DNA of 63,190 bases, counting the filler, from Octopus bimaculoides (Eukaryota): the NCBI RefSeq assembly GCF_001194135.2. It is 5 parts of 4 records of this genome, joined end to end, with 100 filler letters (N's around TTAATTAATTAA, not from the genome) between each part and the next. Parts side by side here need not be neighbours in the genome. Positions count along the whole stretch, not along the records: positions 7,013 to 19,967 come from NC_068983.1; positions 20,068 to 43,431 come from NC_069001.1; 3 more parts are not named here. The stretch is one strand, 5' to 3'. The translations under genes and the position numbers were made by a program. Positions 11,861 to 22,735 of the stretch are shown one piece after another. The number at the start of each line of letters is the position of its first letter. Position 1 is the stretch's first letter. The notes under the pieces are model-generated. The model was given only the letters and a program-made list of their open reading frames with translations, was not told the DNA's origin and searched no databases.

Positions 11861-12300
11861 TCCTCGTACTTGCAAGAATTGTAGAAATAGAAACATCACC
11901 AATTAAAGTAGAATCAGGCTCCTATGTGCACTGGTACTTTTCATCTTCCAGAAAGCATGTGAGCCACGGACTCTCAGCAGAGATACAGACATTGGAGATG
12001 AGATTCTAACGTAACATCTTAGGGATCTCGTACTTGGAGTACTTCAAAAATGAACGGGTTCTCGAAACTATCCAGTATCAGGGCTTTGATCATAAGGCTT
12101 TACAATCAGGACCACCGTGGGCTAAACGATAGAAACAACAACAATAATGTTGTAAGCTAAAGAAACACAGCCCTTTGACATTGCTTCTAGTGCAGGGGAC
12201 GAACTGCCAACGCCTCTGCCGTTTGTCTGCTGTGCTACCTCCTCGGTTATCAATTCTTTGGCTATCTGATTGTCTGTCTGTCTCTCTCTCTATTTCCTTG

Positions 12301-12370
<70 letters not shown>

Positions 12371-13169
12371 CTCGTGTTCTCTAAGTTTCGGATTTGTCCC
12401 CCTCACCCTTATTTCTTTATATCAATGCTCTGCTTGCTGTCACCTCCAACAGATGTTACTGCTTTTGCTCCTGCTTAGACTTCTGCATTCGGAGATCATC
12501 CACATGCAAACTAGACACCTTACACCAAATCCGTACTGAGCCCCATGAACAGAGACCTGAAAAACAAAACAAAACATTGTCCATTGCGAGAGGGGAAAGA
12601 AGAGAGAGTAGGATATAGGGATTTCCTTGAAACTTCTACAAATAGCAATGAATCATTGTACGTTGGTTGATAGATGATAAATAGTTTCTAATTCCTGGCA
12701 TTAAATTATTCAAGCAAAATACTGATTGGTAATATTTGTGGTGATATAGAAAACAATAAATCTAAAATATTATTAAAGAATAAACATGTGAATCATTTTT
12801 TTATTAATTCAAAACTTTAATCATAATTAAGAAGTATTTCTCACGACAGAACAAATAATTGAATTTGAATCTTCTTTAATTATAATTGCAATGACATCTC
12901 GGATACTTAAAACGAATGTAAACTGGTACTAATACGGGAGCCGTACTTTATTTCATCGACCCAGCAAAGATGACTTTGGTGAGATTTGGATTCAGAACGT
13001 AAAAACCGACTAAAAGTCGAGAAAAATATCAATCGATTGTAGGCAGTCATCATCCCTTTGCCAATCATGTACTCAAAATAACATTTGTACTTCTAGATGC
13101 AAACATTAATATCACAGAAAATTTTTTAACTTTGTTATTATATTTGTAAAGAGCCATTATTCATGAAGT

Positions 13170-13508
13170 GGAGGCGCAATGGCCCAGGGGTTATGGCAGC
13201 GGACTCGCGATCATAGAATCACGGTTTCGATGCCCAGACCGGACGTTGTGAATATTTATTGAGCGAAAACACCTAAAGCTCCGCGAGGCTCAGGCAGCGG
13301 GTGGTAGCGAACCCTGCTGTATTCTTTCACCACAACTTTCTCTCACTCTTTCTTCCTATTTCTGTTGTACCTATATTTCGAAGGGGCCAGCTTTGTCACA
13401 CTCTGTGCCACGCTGAATCTCCCCGAGAACTACGTTAAGGGTACACGAGCAGCCTGTTCCGTTGATCGGATCAACTGGAATCTTCGTCGTCGTAACCGAC
13501 GGAGTGCC
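13170..13508 (+). mobile_element. tRNA-derived SINE family C (long head variant)
   Basis: GGAGGCGCAATGGCCCAG..GGTTTCGATGCCC head; tail AAGGGGCCAGCTTTGTCACAC..GATCGGATCAACTGGAA..GGAGTGCC. Confidence 0.88.
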
Positions 13509-14023
13509 ACGATTAATAAAGCTCGGTTGTTATTGTTGTTTGTTTATATTTCACTTGATGTTTGTTTAAGTCCCTAACAAAAAAAAACTCTGTTAAAAAA
13601 TTAAAAACTAAGAATTTTAAAGAAATATATATATTCATGGAAAAGGCTATAAATCTATGAATATGAGAAAGAAACAATAGAAGTCAAACATAGACAAACA
13701 ATAACCGACGAATGTGTTTATAATCCGTATTAATTATTACTCTTCCCAAATATATAAATATTCCTTTCCATAATACACGGTTTCTAATTTAAATCTAAAG
13801 ATAGAGGGGAAATAACTCTAACTGCATTCGTATGTCTGTTTTCTAACCGGAAAATATTAATTTGCTGCAGTATGACATTAATGTAATATTGCTGCTTTTT
13901 GTTTCAGAAGAACTAACAAACAGTAGCTAATAAATTTACCTTAATAAATACTAATATATATGTATATATTTTTAATTTTACTAAATGCATTTTTATTTCC
14001 TTAAATTATTCGCTGCTAATCAA

Positions 14024-14032
14024 CTTCCTTTT
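14024..14032 (+). promoter_or_regulatory. Candidate TCT-like/5'TOP initiator of RSL24D1
   Basis: CTTCCTTTT ending 36 nt upstream of the ATG; resembles the polypyrimidine initiator of ribosomal-protein genes. TSS not demonstrated. Confidence 0.45.
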
Positions 14033-14068
14033 ATGTGTTACTTGCGTTGAAGTCAGTCGTGTGTCACC

Positions 14069-14149
14069 ATGAGGGTCGAAAAATGTTATTTTTGTTCCTG
14101 TAATCTTTATCCTGGCCGTGGAACAATGTTTGTACGAAATGATTGCAAG
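14069..14149 (+). CDS. RSL24D1: RSL24D1/RLP24 coding exon 1 ([27 protein letters not shown])
   Basis: ATG in context CACCATGA; 27 codons matching the RLP24 N-terminus (MRIEKCYFCS..YPGHG..FVRNDCK); donor AAG|GTTAGT at 14150, phase 0. Confidence 0.97.
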
Positions 14150-15245
14150 GTTAGTGTTCATAAGAAATCATTTATCTTATTGAAAAGCCCATTATAAACA
14201 TGTTCTTACAACATTGTTACGCACGTGTTACCAGTTACGATTTACTGAGCTTTCGTAATTATTTTAGTTAATTATTCTAATGTTGTAATTAATGTTAGAA
14301 AAATTCTTCAGTTAACAAGACATGTTATTATATGAAATTCTCCAAAGTTTTAGATGATGTGAGCGAAACATTTGATTAATTAACCAATGTCTTAAAATGT
14401 CGCAAGAAACCAATAACAATACAATCTGTTGGCATTGTTATATTGGTCCTATGTATAGCATAGGTGTCATTTGCTTTAAATATTAATTAATATTACAAGT
14501 TTATTTGCCCTTTATAAATTGTTAAGAATTAAATTTACACATATACTTGAATTTTTTTGCAATCCCCGGGGGGATTGAATAGCTACAGCAATAGCCCCGC
14601 CCCGTCTCCATCACCACTGACTTTTGTTTTCCTCGTAACTTTTTTAAATTATTGTTTTTCAATAAAATTTTGCAGAGATGTGTTGTTGATGGTGTAGATT
14701 AACGATAACGACGAGTTCCTGTGGATGATGTGTGGTTAGAAGGAACGACTAGTTATATCTACTTCTTAAGATGGACATTCTTGGATGTCACAAGTAGATA
14801 ATGTACGGAAAAAGGGAACGTTGTAAGAAATATAAACATTGCGTGATCTGTTAAGTTACCACTTAACATGAGCGACAGATGGAACCCATAGATGAGATGT
14901 TTCAAAAGACAATTCTCATGCTAAATATCACTAAAAAAAACTTTGTTGATGTGTTGGGCAACAACATTTCTGTCATTGATGAGAGCCCACCTGTGGGAGA
15001 CGTAAGAAAGCAGGCCTCCAGTGAATCTGGTTTTAAATCTTGGGAAAATGTTTATTGGTAGCCCAGGTTCTTGAGCGAAACATGTATTAAATGATAGACT
15101 GTATGAAGACATATGAAAAAAATATACATATTAGTTGATATGTATATATTATGTACAGAAAATATGTAAACAAAATTGCATAATTTCTTATTAGATGATA
15201 AATTATCTGGATGATATTTTCTCAGGGTCAGTAGAAAAAGTACTT

Positions 15246-15578
15246 TTATTCATTTACTTGTTTCAGTCATTTGACTGCAGACATGCTGGAGCACCACCTT
15301 TAGTCGAACAAATCGAGCCTAGTACTTATTTCATTTGTCCCTTTTACCGAATCGCCAGGTTACGGGGATGTAAACGCACCAACATCAGTTGTCAAGTGAT
15401 GGTGGGGACACACTCACACAGAAATGTGTATATATGACGGGCTTCTTTCAGTTTCCACTTACCAAATCCAGTCACAAGGCTGTAGTAGAAGACACTTGCC
15501 CAGGTACCACACAGTGGAACTGAACCCGGAGCCAAGTAGTTGGGAAGAAAGCTTCTTACCACACAGCCATGCTGTGCC
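15246..15578 (-). mobile_element. SINE family A, near full length, in RSL24D1 intron 1
   Basis: Reverse of head, core and tail (..GGTGCTCCAGCATG..CAGTCAAATGACTGAAACAAGTAAA). Confidence 0.88.
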
Positions 15579-15866
15579 TATGTACTGACTTAACATTGGT
15601 TTCAAATTTTAACACAAGGCCAGCAATTTTGATGTAGGTGGAAGTCAATTACATCAACCTCCTGACTCCAAAAGGATAATAGGCAAAGACATGAAATGTC
15701 CCTAGGCATTTTGCCTGGTGTGTTAATGGTTCTGCCAGCTCGCCACCTTATGTACTGGTCCTCATCCAAAATCTTTGGCTTTATGCTGATGTTTTTGTGA
15801 GCACAAAATATGGTTTATAGGTTTTTATGGTGAGTTCATTATTATCTTTGTATTGTTACTTGATAG

Positions 15867-16053
15867 GTTTTCCGCTTTTGTCGCTCCAAATGCCACAAAG
15901 CCTTCAAGAAGAAGAGAAACCCCAGAAAAGTACGATGGACCAAAGCATTCCGCAAAGCTGCCGGTAAAGAGTTGGCAGTTGATCCAGTATTTGAATTTGA
16001 AAAGCGACGGAATGTTCCAGTTAAATACAGTCGAGAATTGTGGACACAAACAA
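15867..16053 (+). CDS. RSL24D1: RSL24D1 coding exon 2 ([62 protein letters not shown])
   Basis: Acceptor TTACTTGATAG|, 187 nt, donor CAA|GTAATT; near-identical to the RLP24/L24e core [20 protein letters not shown]. Confidence 0.98.
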
Positions 16054-16074
16054 GTAATTGATTATCTTTCTTTT

Positions 16075-16437
16075 ATCTTAATTTATTTCAGTCATTGGAC
16101 TATGGCCATGCTAGGGCATCGTCTTGAGTTTAGTTGAACAAATCAACCTCAGTATTTATTTTTTCTTGAGGATGGTATGTTTTCTATTTATCTTTTTTTA
16201 CCAAATTACTAAGTTATGGGGGTGTAAACAAACCAACACTGGTGTTGGGGGGACACAGATATATATAGGTAGATAGATACAACAGGCTTCCACACAGTTA
16301 CTATCTACCAAATTCATTTATAAGGCAATGGTCAGGCCAGAGCTAGAGTAGAAGACACTTGCCATAGATGTTGTACAGTGGAACTGCACCTGAAACTTCA
16401 TGGTTGAGAAGTGAACTTCAAGCATGCAGTCATGCTT
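16075..16437 (-). mobile_element. SINE family A, older copy, in RSL24D1 intron 2 (head fragment also at 17040-17152)
   Basis: Same tail and head motifs, more diverged. Confidence 0.82.
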
Positions 16438-16834
16438 ATGTAGGGATATTTTAAAAATAAATGTCACTAGAAATGGCTAGTTAATGATGTTTTGAATCAA
16501 CAGAGGCTACATAGGAAATATTTATTTCTTTATTGCCCTTAGAGGGGACAAACAAGAACAAACTAAGGAATTAAGTTGATTACATCGACCCCAGTGCATA
16601 ACTGGTACTTACTTTATTGACCCTGAAAGGATGAAAGGCAAAGTCAACCTTGGCTGAATTTGAACCCAGAATATAACGGCAGACGAAATACTGCTAAGCA
16701 TTTCGCCAAGCAAATTAATATTCCCTGATGGCCAAACAAGTTTTCATGGAAGATTGGAAATGAATGACACTGTTGCATGATGGTGATAACTCATTTACAA
16801 TTATTGCAAAATATCATGAAGGCACTAATACATG

Positions 16835-17015
16835 TACATCATCATCATTTAACATCTGTTTTCCATGCTGGCATGGGTTAGAAAGTTTTACAGGAACTGG
16901 CAAGCCAGAGGATGCAGCAAATTTTAGTCGTGTTTTGGCATGGTTTCTATGGTTAGATACCCTTCCTAATGTCAACCACTTTACAGTGTGTACTGGATGC
17001 TTCTCACCATTTGCA
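16835..17015 (-). mobile_element. Short RTE-tail-derived fragment/SINE
   Basis: CATCATCATCATTTAACATCTGTTTTCCATGCTGGCATGGG..CCCTTCCTAATGTCAACC is the reverse of the RTE 3' tail. Confidence 0.75.
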
Positions 17016-17354
17016 ATTACCAATCTTCTCTGAAGACTTTGGCTGATCCAAGACTATAGTAGAAGACACTTGCCCAAGGTGCCACGCAGTGGAACTGAAC
17101 CCGGAACCACAACTTAGAAGTGAACTTAACCTTGCAGCCATGCTTGTGCCTACAGTATACCAGAGAATCATTTGGGCTGTCTGATCAACTGAGAAACAAC
17201 GCTTCTGGTAAACTACCCATAGGATGTAAAATCTATGCGCTACTGTAGTTGCAACATAGGATGATGTCTTTGATAGTTACTCTTTGGTTAGACACCATTA
17301 TCTTCTCTATCATTTCCTTTATTTATATTTGATCTTTTTTCTTGTTACCCATAG

Positions 17355-17418
17355 TAACTGCCATGAAGAAAATTACAGAAATTCGGCAAAGACGACATGA
17401 TCAATTTATTCTAAACAG
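17355..17418 (+). CDS. RSL24D1: RSL24D1 coding exon 3 ((I)TAMKKITEIRQRRHDQFILN(R))
   Basis: Acceptor TTTTCTTGTTACCCATAG|, 64 nt, donor CAG|GTAATT; phases 1/2 fit the neighbouring exons; matches RLP24 [22 protein letters not shown]. Confidence 0.96.
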
Positions 17419-17591
17419 GTAATTGATTCACTTCATAATTATTTGTCTTTTGCATGACTGAGCATACCCCAGAGTTATTTAACAATCATAACTTTAATAA
17501 GAATCTGTCCTCCAAATTTATAACTCTGTTTTATTAATCACATCAAAATTACTTCTGTATATTTTATCGTTTTCAATGTTATCTTTTATAG

Positions 17592-17677
17592 ATTACAGAA
17601 AGGCAAAGAGTTGCGGAAAGAAGCTGCTATCCGTGAGGTTAAGCAGTATATTCACCTTGTCAAATCTCCTTGTGCAA
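17592..17677 (+). CDS. RSL24D1: RSL24D1 coding exon 4 (LQKGKELRKEAAIREVKQYIHLVKSPCA); gene continues, last exon not found
   Basis: Acceptor TATCTTTTATAG|, 86 nt, donor CAA|GTAAGT (phase 1, no stop reached); matches RLP24 [28 protein letters not shown]. Confidence 0.96.
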
Positions 17678-17834
17678 GTAAGTTATGCATTTTATTATTT
17701 TCATTACTCTATCAGATTATGGGCGCCACTGATGCCAAGTTTCTTCCATGTTGGCTGTAAAACAATGGTTTGAGAATTTGTTGGGTTCCCATGTTATGTT
17801 CTTAAAGGACTTTTGGCTATAATGTAGTTCTCAA

Positions 17835-19682
17835 CAGATGTTTGGAGAAGCCATTATGTAAGACTGCTGAATGTGGAGAATGAATAGGAGGAGGAGGAGA
17901 GCCTGCCAAATGTTGATCCAGTAGAGGGACCAACTATCTGAATAGACAGCACCCTGGTAGATAAAGCAATTAAGAGTATTAAACCAGGGAAAGCCCCCGG
18001 CGCATCAGGAATCACTGCTTGAGATGCTTAAAACATCTGGTGGTGTGGGCTATGGCCTAGTCACCTGTATTGTAAACCAGGTAGTTCATGATGGAGTCAT
18101 ACCCAATGATTGGCGTAGCAGCACCATAGCCACAGGCTACAAGAGTAAAGGTGATGCTTTAGATAGAAATAACTAAGGGATATCAAACTGCAGGATCAAC
18201 TGATGAAGGTCACAGAGAGGGTCATAGCCCAACTAATTAGGGAGAGAGTCTGCTTAGATGAGATGCAGTTTGGTTTTGTACCAGGTAGAAGCACCATTGA
18301 TTCCTGGTATGGCAACTGCAGGAGAAATACCTAGCCAAAGATAAACCCCTATGTGGCTTTTGTGAACTTGGAGAAAGCCTTTGACAGGGTCCCCTGACCC
18401 CTTATCTGGTGGGTGATGCAGAAACTGGGGATGCCATTAGTAAGGTTAGGGTTGGTAATGAGTATAGTGAAGAATTCCGGATAGAAGTAGGGGTCCACCA
18501 AGGATCAGCCCTCAGCCCCCTCTTATTCATCATAGTCCTCCAGGCAATAAGACAGGTTGCTCCTGGGAGCTCCTCTATGCTGATGACCTGGCCCTCATAG
18601 CTGAATCACTACCAGAACTAGAAAAGAAATTTCAGGTGTGGAAGCAAGGTTTAGAATCGAAGGGCCTTAGAGTCAATGTCACAAAGAACAAAGTTCTAGT
18701 AAGTAGGAAGGCGAACACAACACACCCCTTCAGGTAGGTGGCCCTGCTCAATCTGTAGAAAAGGTGTAGGTAGAAACTCCATAAGATGTACCCAGTGTAA
18801 GCTATGGGCATGTAAGAGGTGCAGCAACATCAAAGGAAGATAGCTTTCATGTGCGGCAGATGCTCAGAAAACAGATTCCATCACATGCCAGGGGGAGGAA
18901 CTAGAAGTAGTTGATAGCCTCCGCTACCTAGGTGACGAAGTCTGTAGTGGGAATGTATTACCACTAGAATAAGAATAGCCTGGGCAAAGTTCAGAAAGCT
19001 TCTTCCCCTACTGGTGACAAAGGGCCTCTCGCTCAGAGTGAAAGGTAGATTGTATGATGCATGTGTGCAACCTGCCATGCTTCATGGCAGTAAAACATGT
19101 GCCGTGACTGCTGAAGACATGCGTAGGCTCAAAAGAAATGAAGCTAGCATGATCTGCTGGATGTGTAATGTCCGTGTGCACAAACAACAGAGTGTAAGCA
19201 CCCTGAGATAAATGTTGGACATAAGAAGCATCGGATGTGGTGTGCAAGAGAGACGTTTGNNNNNNNNNNGCACCCTGAGATAAATGTTGGACATAAGAAG
19301 CATCGGATGTGGTGTGCAAGAGAGACGTTTGCGTTGGTATGGTCATGTACTGCAGATGGACGAGGAGAGCTGTGTGAAGAAGTGCCACTCCCAAACAGTG
19401 GAAGGAATCTGGGATAGAGGGAGACCCAGGAAGACATGGGATGAGGTGGTGAGGCATGACCTTCGAATGTTGGGCCTCACAGAGGCAATGACAAAAGACC
19501 AAGACCTCTGAAGATATGCAGTGACTGAGAAGACCAGGCAAATAAAGGGAGTTCACAGCTGTAACCTACACCAGTGTCTCATAACAAGCCCACTCAAAAG
19601 TACTTTGGATCGTAGGGCGATGTGCCATGCTTGAGGAGACCTATTGAATCAAGTACATCAAAATCAAATCAAATGGAAATTG
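17835..19682 (+). mobile_element. RTE-clade LINE, 5'-truncated and degenerate, in RSL24D1 intron 4 (sense)
   Basis: KAPG.SGIT, MQFGFVPGRST, AFVNLEKAFDRVP, GVHQGSALSPLLF, LLYADDL (18576-18587), RLRWYGHV, RGRPRKTWDEVV; many stops and frameshifts. Confidence 0.93.
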
Positions 19683-19737
19683 CAAGTTTTCTTTTCAGGT
19701 ACACGACACTGCTTTTCCCCTTCCCAGNNNNNNNNNN

Positions 19738-19967
19738 CTGAAGACATGCGTAGGCTCAAAAGAAATGAAGCTAGCATGATCTGCTGGATGTGTAATGTCC
19801 GTGTGCACAAACAACAGAGTGTAAGCACCCTGAGATAAATGTTGGACATAAGAAGCATCGGATGTGGTGTGCAAGAGAGACGTTTGCGTTGGTATGGTCA
19901 TGTACTGCAGATGGACGAGGAGAGCTGTGTGAAGAAGTGCCACTCCCAAACAGTGGAAGGAATCTGG
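19738..19967 (+). other. Redundant copy of RTE sequence from about 19113-19415 (probable assembly overlap)
   Basis: Apparently identical to the upstream RTE segment, bounded by a 10-N gap and a 100-bp spacer. Confidence 0.7.
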
Positions 19968-20067
19968 NNNNNNNNNNNNNNNNNNNNNNNNNNNNNNNNN
20001 NNNNNNNNNNNTTAATTAATTAANNNNNNNNNNNNNNNNNNNNNNNNNNNNNNNNNNNNNNNNNNNN
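19968..20067. other. Assembly spacer N44-TTAATTAATTAA-N44
   Basis: Same 100-bp structure, linker at 20012-20023. Confidence 0.95.
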
Positions 20068-20412
20068 AATGTGCTTTGCGTGAGAAGACCCGGCAAGCCA
20101 AATGAGATCGTTGCCAGTGCCCCTGGACTGGCTCTTGTGCGGGTGGCACATAAGATGTGACCGTTGCCAGTACCGTCTGACTGGCCTTTGTAGGGTTTTC
20201 GAGCGTGGCCGTTTTCGTGCGGGTGACACGTAAAAGCACCCACTACACTCTCTGAGTGGTTGGCATTAGGAAGGGCATCCAGCTGTAGAAACTCTGCCAA
20301 ATTAGATTGGAGCCTGGTGTTGCCATCCGGTTTCACCAGTCCTCAGTCAAATCGTCCAACCCATGCTAGCATGGAAAGCGGACGTTAAACGACGATGATG
20401 ATGATGATGATA
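20068..20412 (+). mobile_element. RTE 3' end/UTR with (GAT)n tail
   Basis: GAGAAGACCCGGCAAG ORF end, internal GTGCGGGTGGCAC repeats, GGCATTAGGAAGGGCATCCAGCTGTAGAAAC, ends CCATGCTAGCATGGAAAGCGGACGTTAAACGACGATGATGAT. Confidence 0.85.
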
Positions 20413-20789
20413 ATATATATATATACATGTATATAAAAATATATATATATTGCATTTACTTTTCTTTTACTTGTTTCAGTCATTTGACTGTGGCCATGCT
20501 GGAGCACTGCCTTAAAGGGTTCTAGTTGAAGAAATCAACCCCAGGACTTAGTAAAAGACATTTTCTCAGGGTGTTCTGCAAATATGTGGTTGGGTAACAA
20601 CCTTCATAGGCACACAACCATTCCTGCATCCATCTATATATATCTTGATACACACACACACACATGTATATATATATTCGAGGAAGTGAGCCAACTGGTT
20701 TGCTCAACAGTGCCAATAAGCTTGTAGAAACACGTGTATATCATATAAATCTTAAAAATACCAATTATGTTTTCTGTTTTTTTTTATTA

Positions 20790-20832
<43 letters not shown>

Positions 20833-21385
20833 TGTATATCCATCATTCTCTCTACCACCCTCTTTCTTCACTCAGTAAACATTCTACCACTGGTAGCCCC
20901 CCACCCCCTTCACATTCACCCATTCATCTGCATTCTTCGTTGTAATCACTCTCACTTCAACTCATTTTTACAAACATGATACCTTGAATGAACAAACACA
21001 TCACAGAGTCGAGAAGACTCTCTAAATCTCTTGAGATACAAAACAATCTCATTAGAGTCGGCACCATGGTAAAANNNNNNNNNNNNNNNNNNNNNNNNNN
21101 NNNNNNNNNNNNNNNNNNNNNNNNNNNNNNNNNNNNNNNNNNNNNNNNNNNNNNNNNNNNNNNNNNNNNNNNNNNNNNNNNNNNNNNNNNNNNNNNNNNN
21201 NNNNNNNNNNNNNNNNNNNNNNNNNNNNNNNNNNNNNNNNNNNNNNNNNNNNNNNNNNNNNNNNNNNNNNNNNNNNNNNNNNNNNNNNNNNNNNNNNNNN
21301 NNNNNNNNNNNNNNNNNNNNNNNNNNNNNNNNNNNNNNNNNNNNNNNNNNNNNNNNNNNNNNNNNNNNNNNNNNNNNNNNNNNNN

Positions 21386-21429
<44 letters not shown>

Positions 21430-22398
21430 ATACACATTTAAAAACTCCTTTTAATCATGAATAACCATGGGACACACCTACAATGTTCTCTTAACGACTG
21501 AAACAAGTAAAAGATGAAAGACATACATGCATATTACATTTGCTTGTTTTACGTCTGACTTTCTAGCTAGCATGGGTTAGCTGAATACGTCACTGAGGCA
21601 TTGTGTGAAGCTTAACTGAAAGTCACATGTTAGAGAAGCCACATGGAACATGTAATTTAAATCTAAGATATAACCTTTGTTGCTGTAGCTAATTACAGTA
21701 CACACACCCACACACACACACCCATCAGACATGCAGCTTTTACAATCTGCTCATCTGTGAACTCTGACATTAAATTCATGTCTAATCTAAGGAGCTTCTT
21801 CCTGATTCCTCCCTTGGCCCATCTCTCTCTCTCTCTCTCTCTCTCAGACCCCCTCCCTCAGAGACTCTTAAACATTACAATGAGGTTAGAATCTGAATGC
21901 TCAGGTATTGTTTTTTTGTGGTTTCTTTTGTTTTGAAAACCAAAGATATTGTAAGAGAGTGTGGTGGTGGGAGGAGAGAGAGAGAGAGAGGAGATAGAAA
22001 GACAGAGAACAAGAGAGAGTGTGAGTGAGAAAGAGAGAGGAACAGCAAGAGAGAGAAAGAGTGAGTGAGTGAGAGAGAAATAGTGAGAAAGTAAGTGAGA
22101 GACAGTAAGGGAGAGGGTGAGTGAGAAAAAGAGAGAGAATGAGAAAGAAAGAAATGGTGAGAGAGTGAGTGTGAGTGAGTGTAAGTGAGAAAGTTAGAGA
22201 GAGTAAAGGATAGGGTGAGCAAGAAAAAGAGAGAGGAGGATAAAGAAAGAGAGATAGAGGAGACAGAACAGAGAGAGAGAGAGAGTGAGAGAAAGACAAT
22301 GAGAGAGGGGAGAGAATGAGTGAGTGTAAGTGAGAGAGAAATATTGAGAGAGAGAGAGAGAGAGCAGGGGAAAGGGTGAATGAAAAAAGGAGAGAAGG

Positions 22399-22439
<41 letters not shown>

Positions 22440-22605
22440 AAGAAAGAGAGAGACTATATAACTGCTTGAATTGCTAAAAGATAACTGCCTCTCTCCATTG
22501 CAGTCCAAGAATTGTTATTACATTTTAACATTTTTACATTTTTATCTGCTGCACAACAACACATTATGATGCTCTCTAATTTTACACCACTGAAAGCCAC
22601 CAGGT

Positions 22606-22735
22606 CAGTGGTTCCCAAAGTGGGCGGTATTGCTCCCCCCCCACCACTGGGGGCAGGGAAAAGTTCCAAGGGGGTCTCAAAGAAAACCGGGGTGATAATG
22701 GGGTAAAAAATTCATGTAAAAAATAAGGGGCAATA
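22606..22735. mobile_element. hAT-like MITE left end
   Basis: CAGTGGTTCCCAAAGTGGGCGGT followed by C/G runs; right TIR not found. Confidence 0.5.

Noticed and set aside
12440-12557. Minus-strand acceptor GTTTTTCAG| and a possible exon of a transcript divergent from RSL24D1
   Set aside because: All three frames close quickly and there is no partner exon or homology. A non-coding exon cannot be excluded.
13170-13245. tRNA gene (also the heads at 4258, 10487 and 61880)
   Set aside because: A/B boxes run into SINE bodies and there is no complete cloverleaf or terminator.
15853-16137. 94-aa [15 protein letters not shown]...
   Set aside because: It is an off-frame reading of RSL24D1 exon 2.
17160-17262. 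Possible intronic H/ACA snoRNA (AAACAA, hairpin AACTAC/GTAGTT, ACA)
   Set aside because: The 5' hairpin is weak and there is no two-sided pseudouridylation pocket.
17470-17528. 9-bp inverted repeat CAGAGTTAT/ATAACTCTG in intron 3
   Set aside because: No C/D boxes; plausible by chance in AT-rich DNA.
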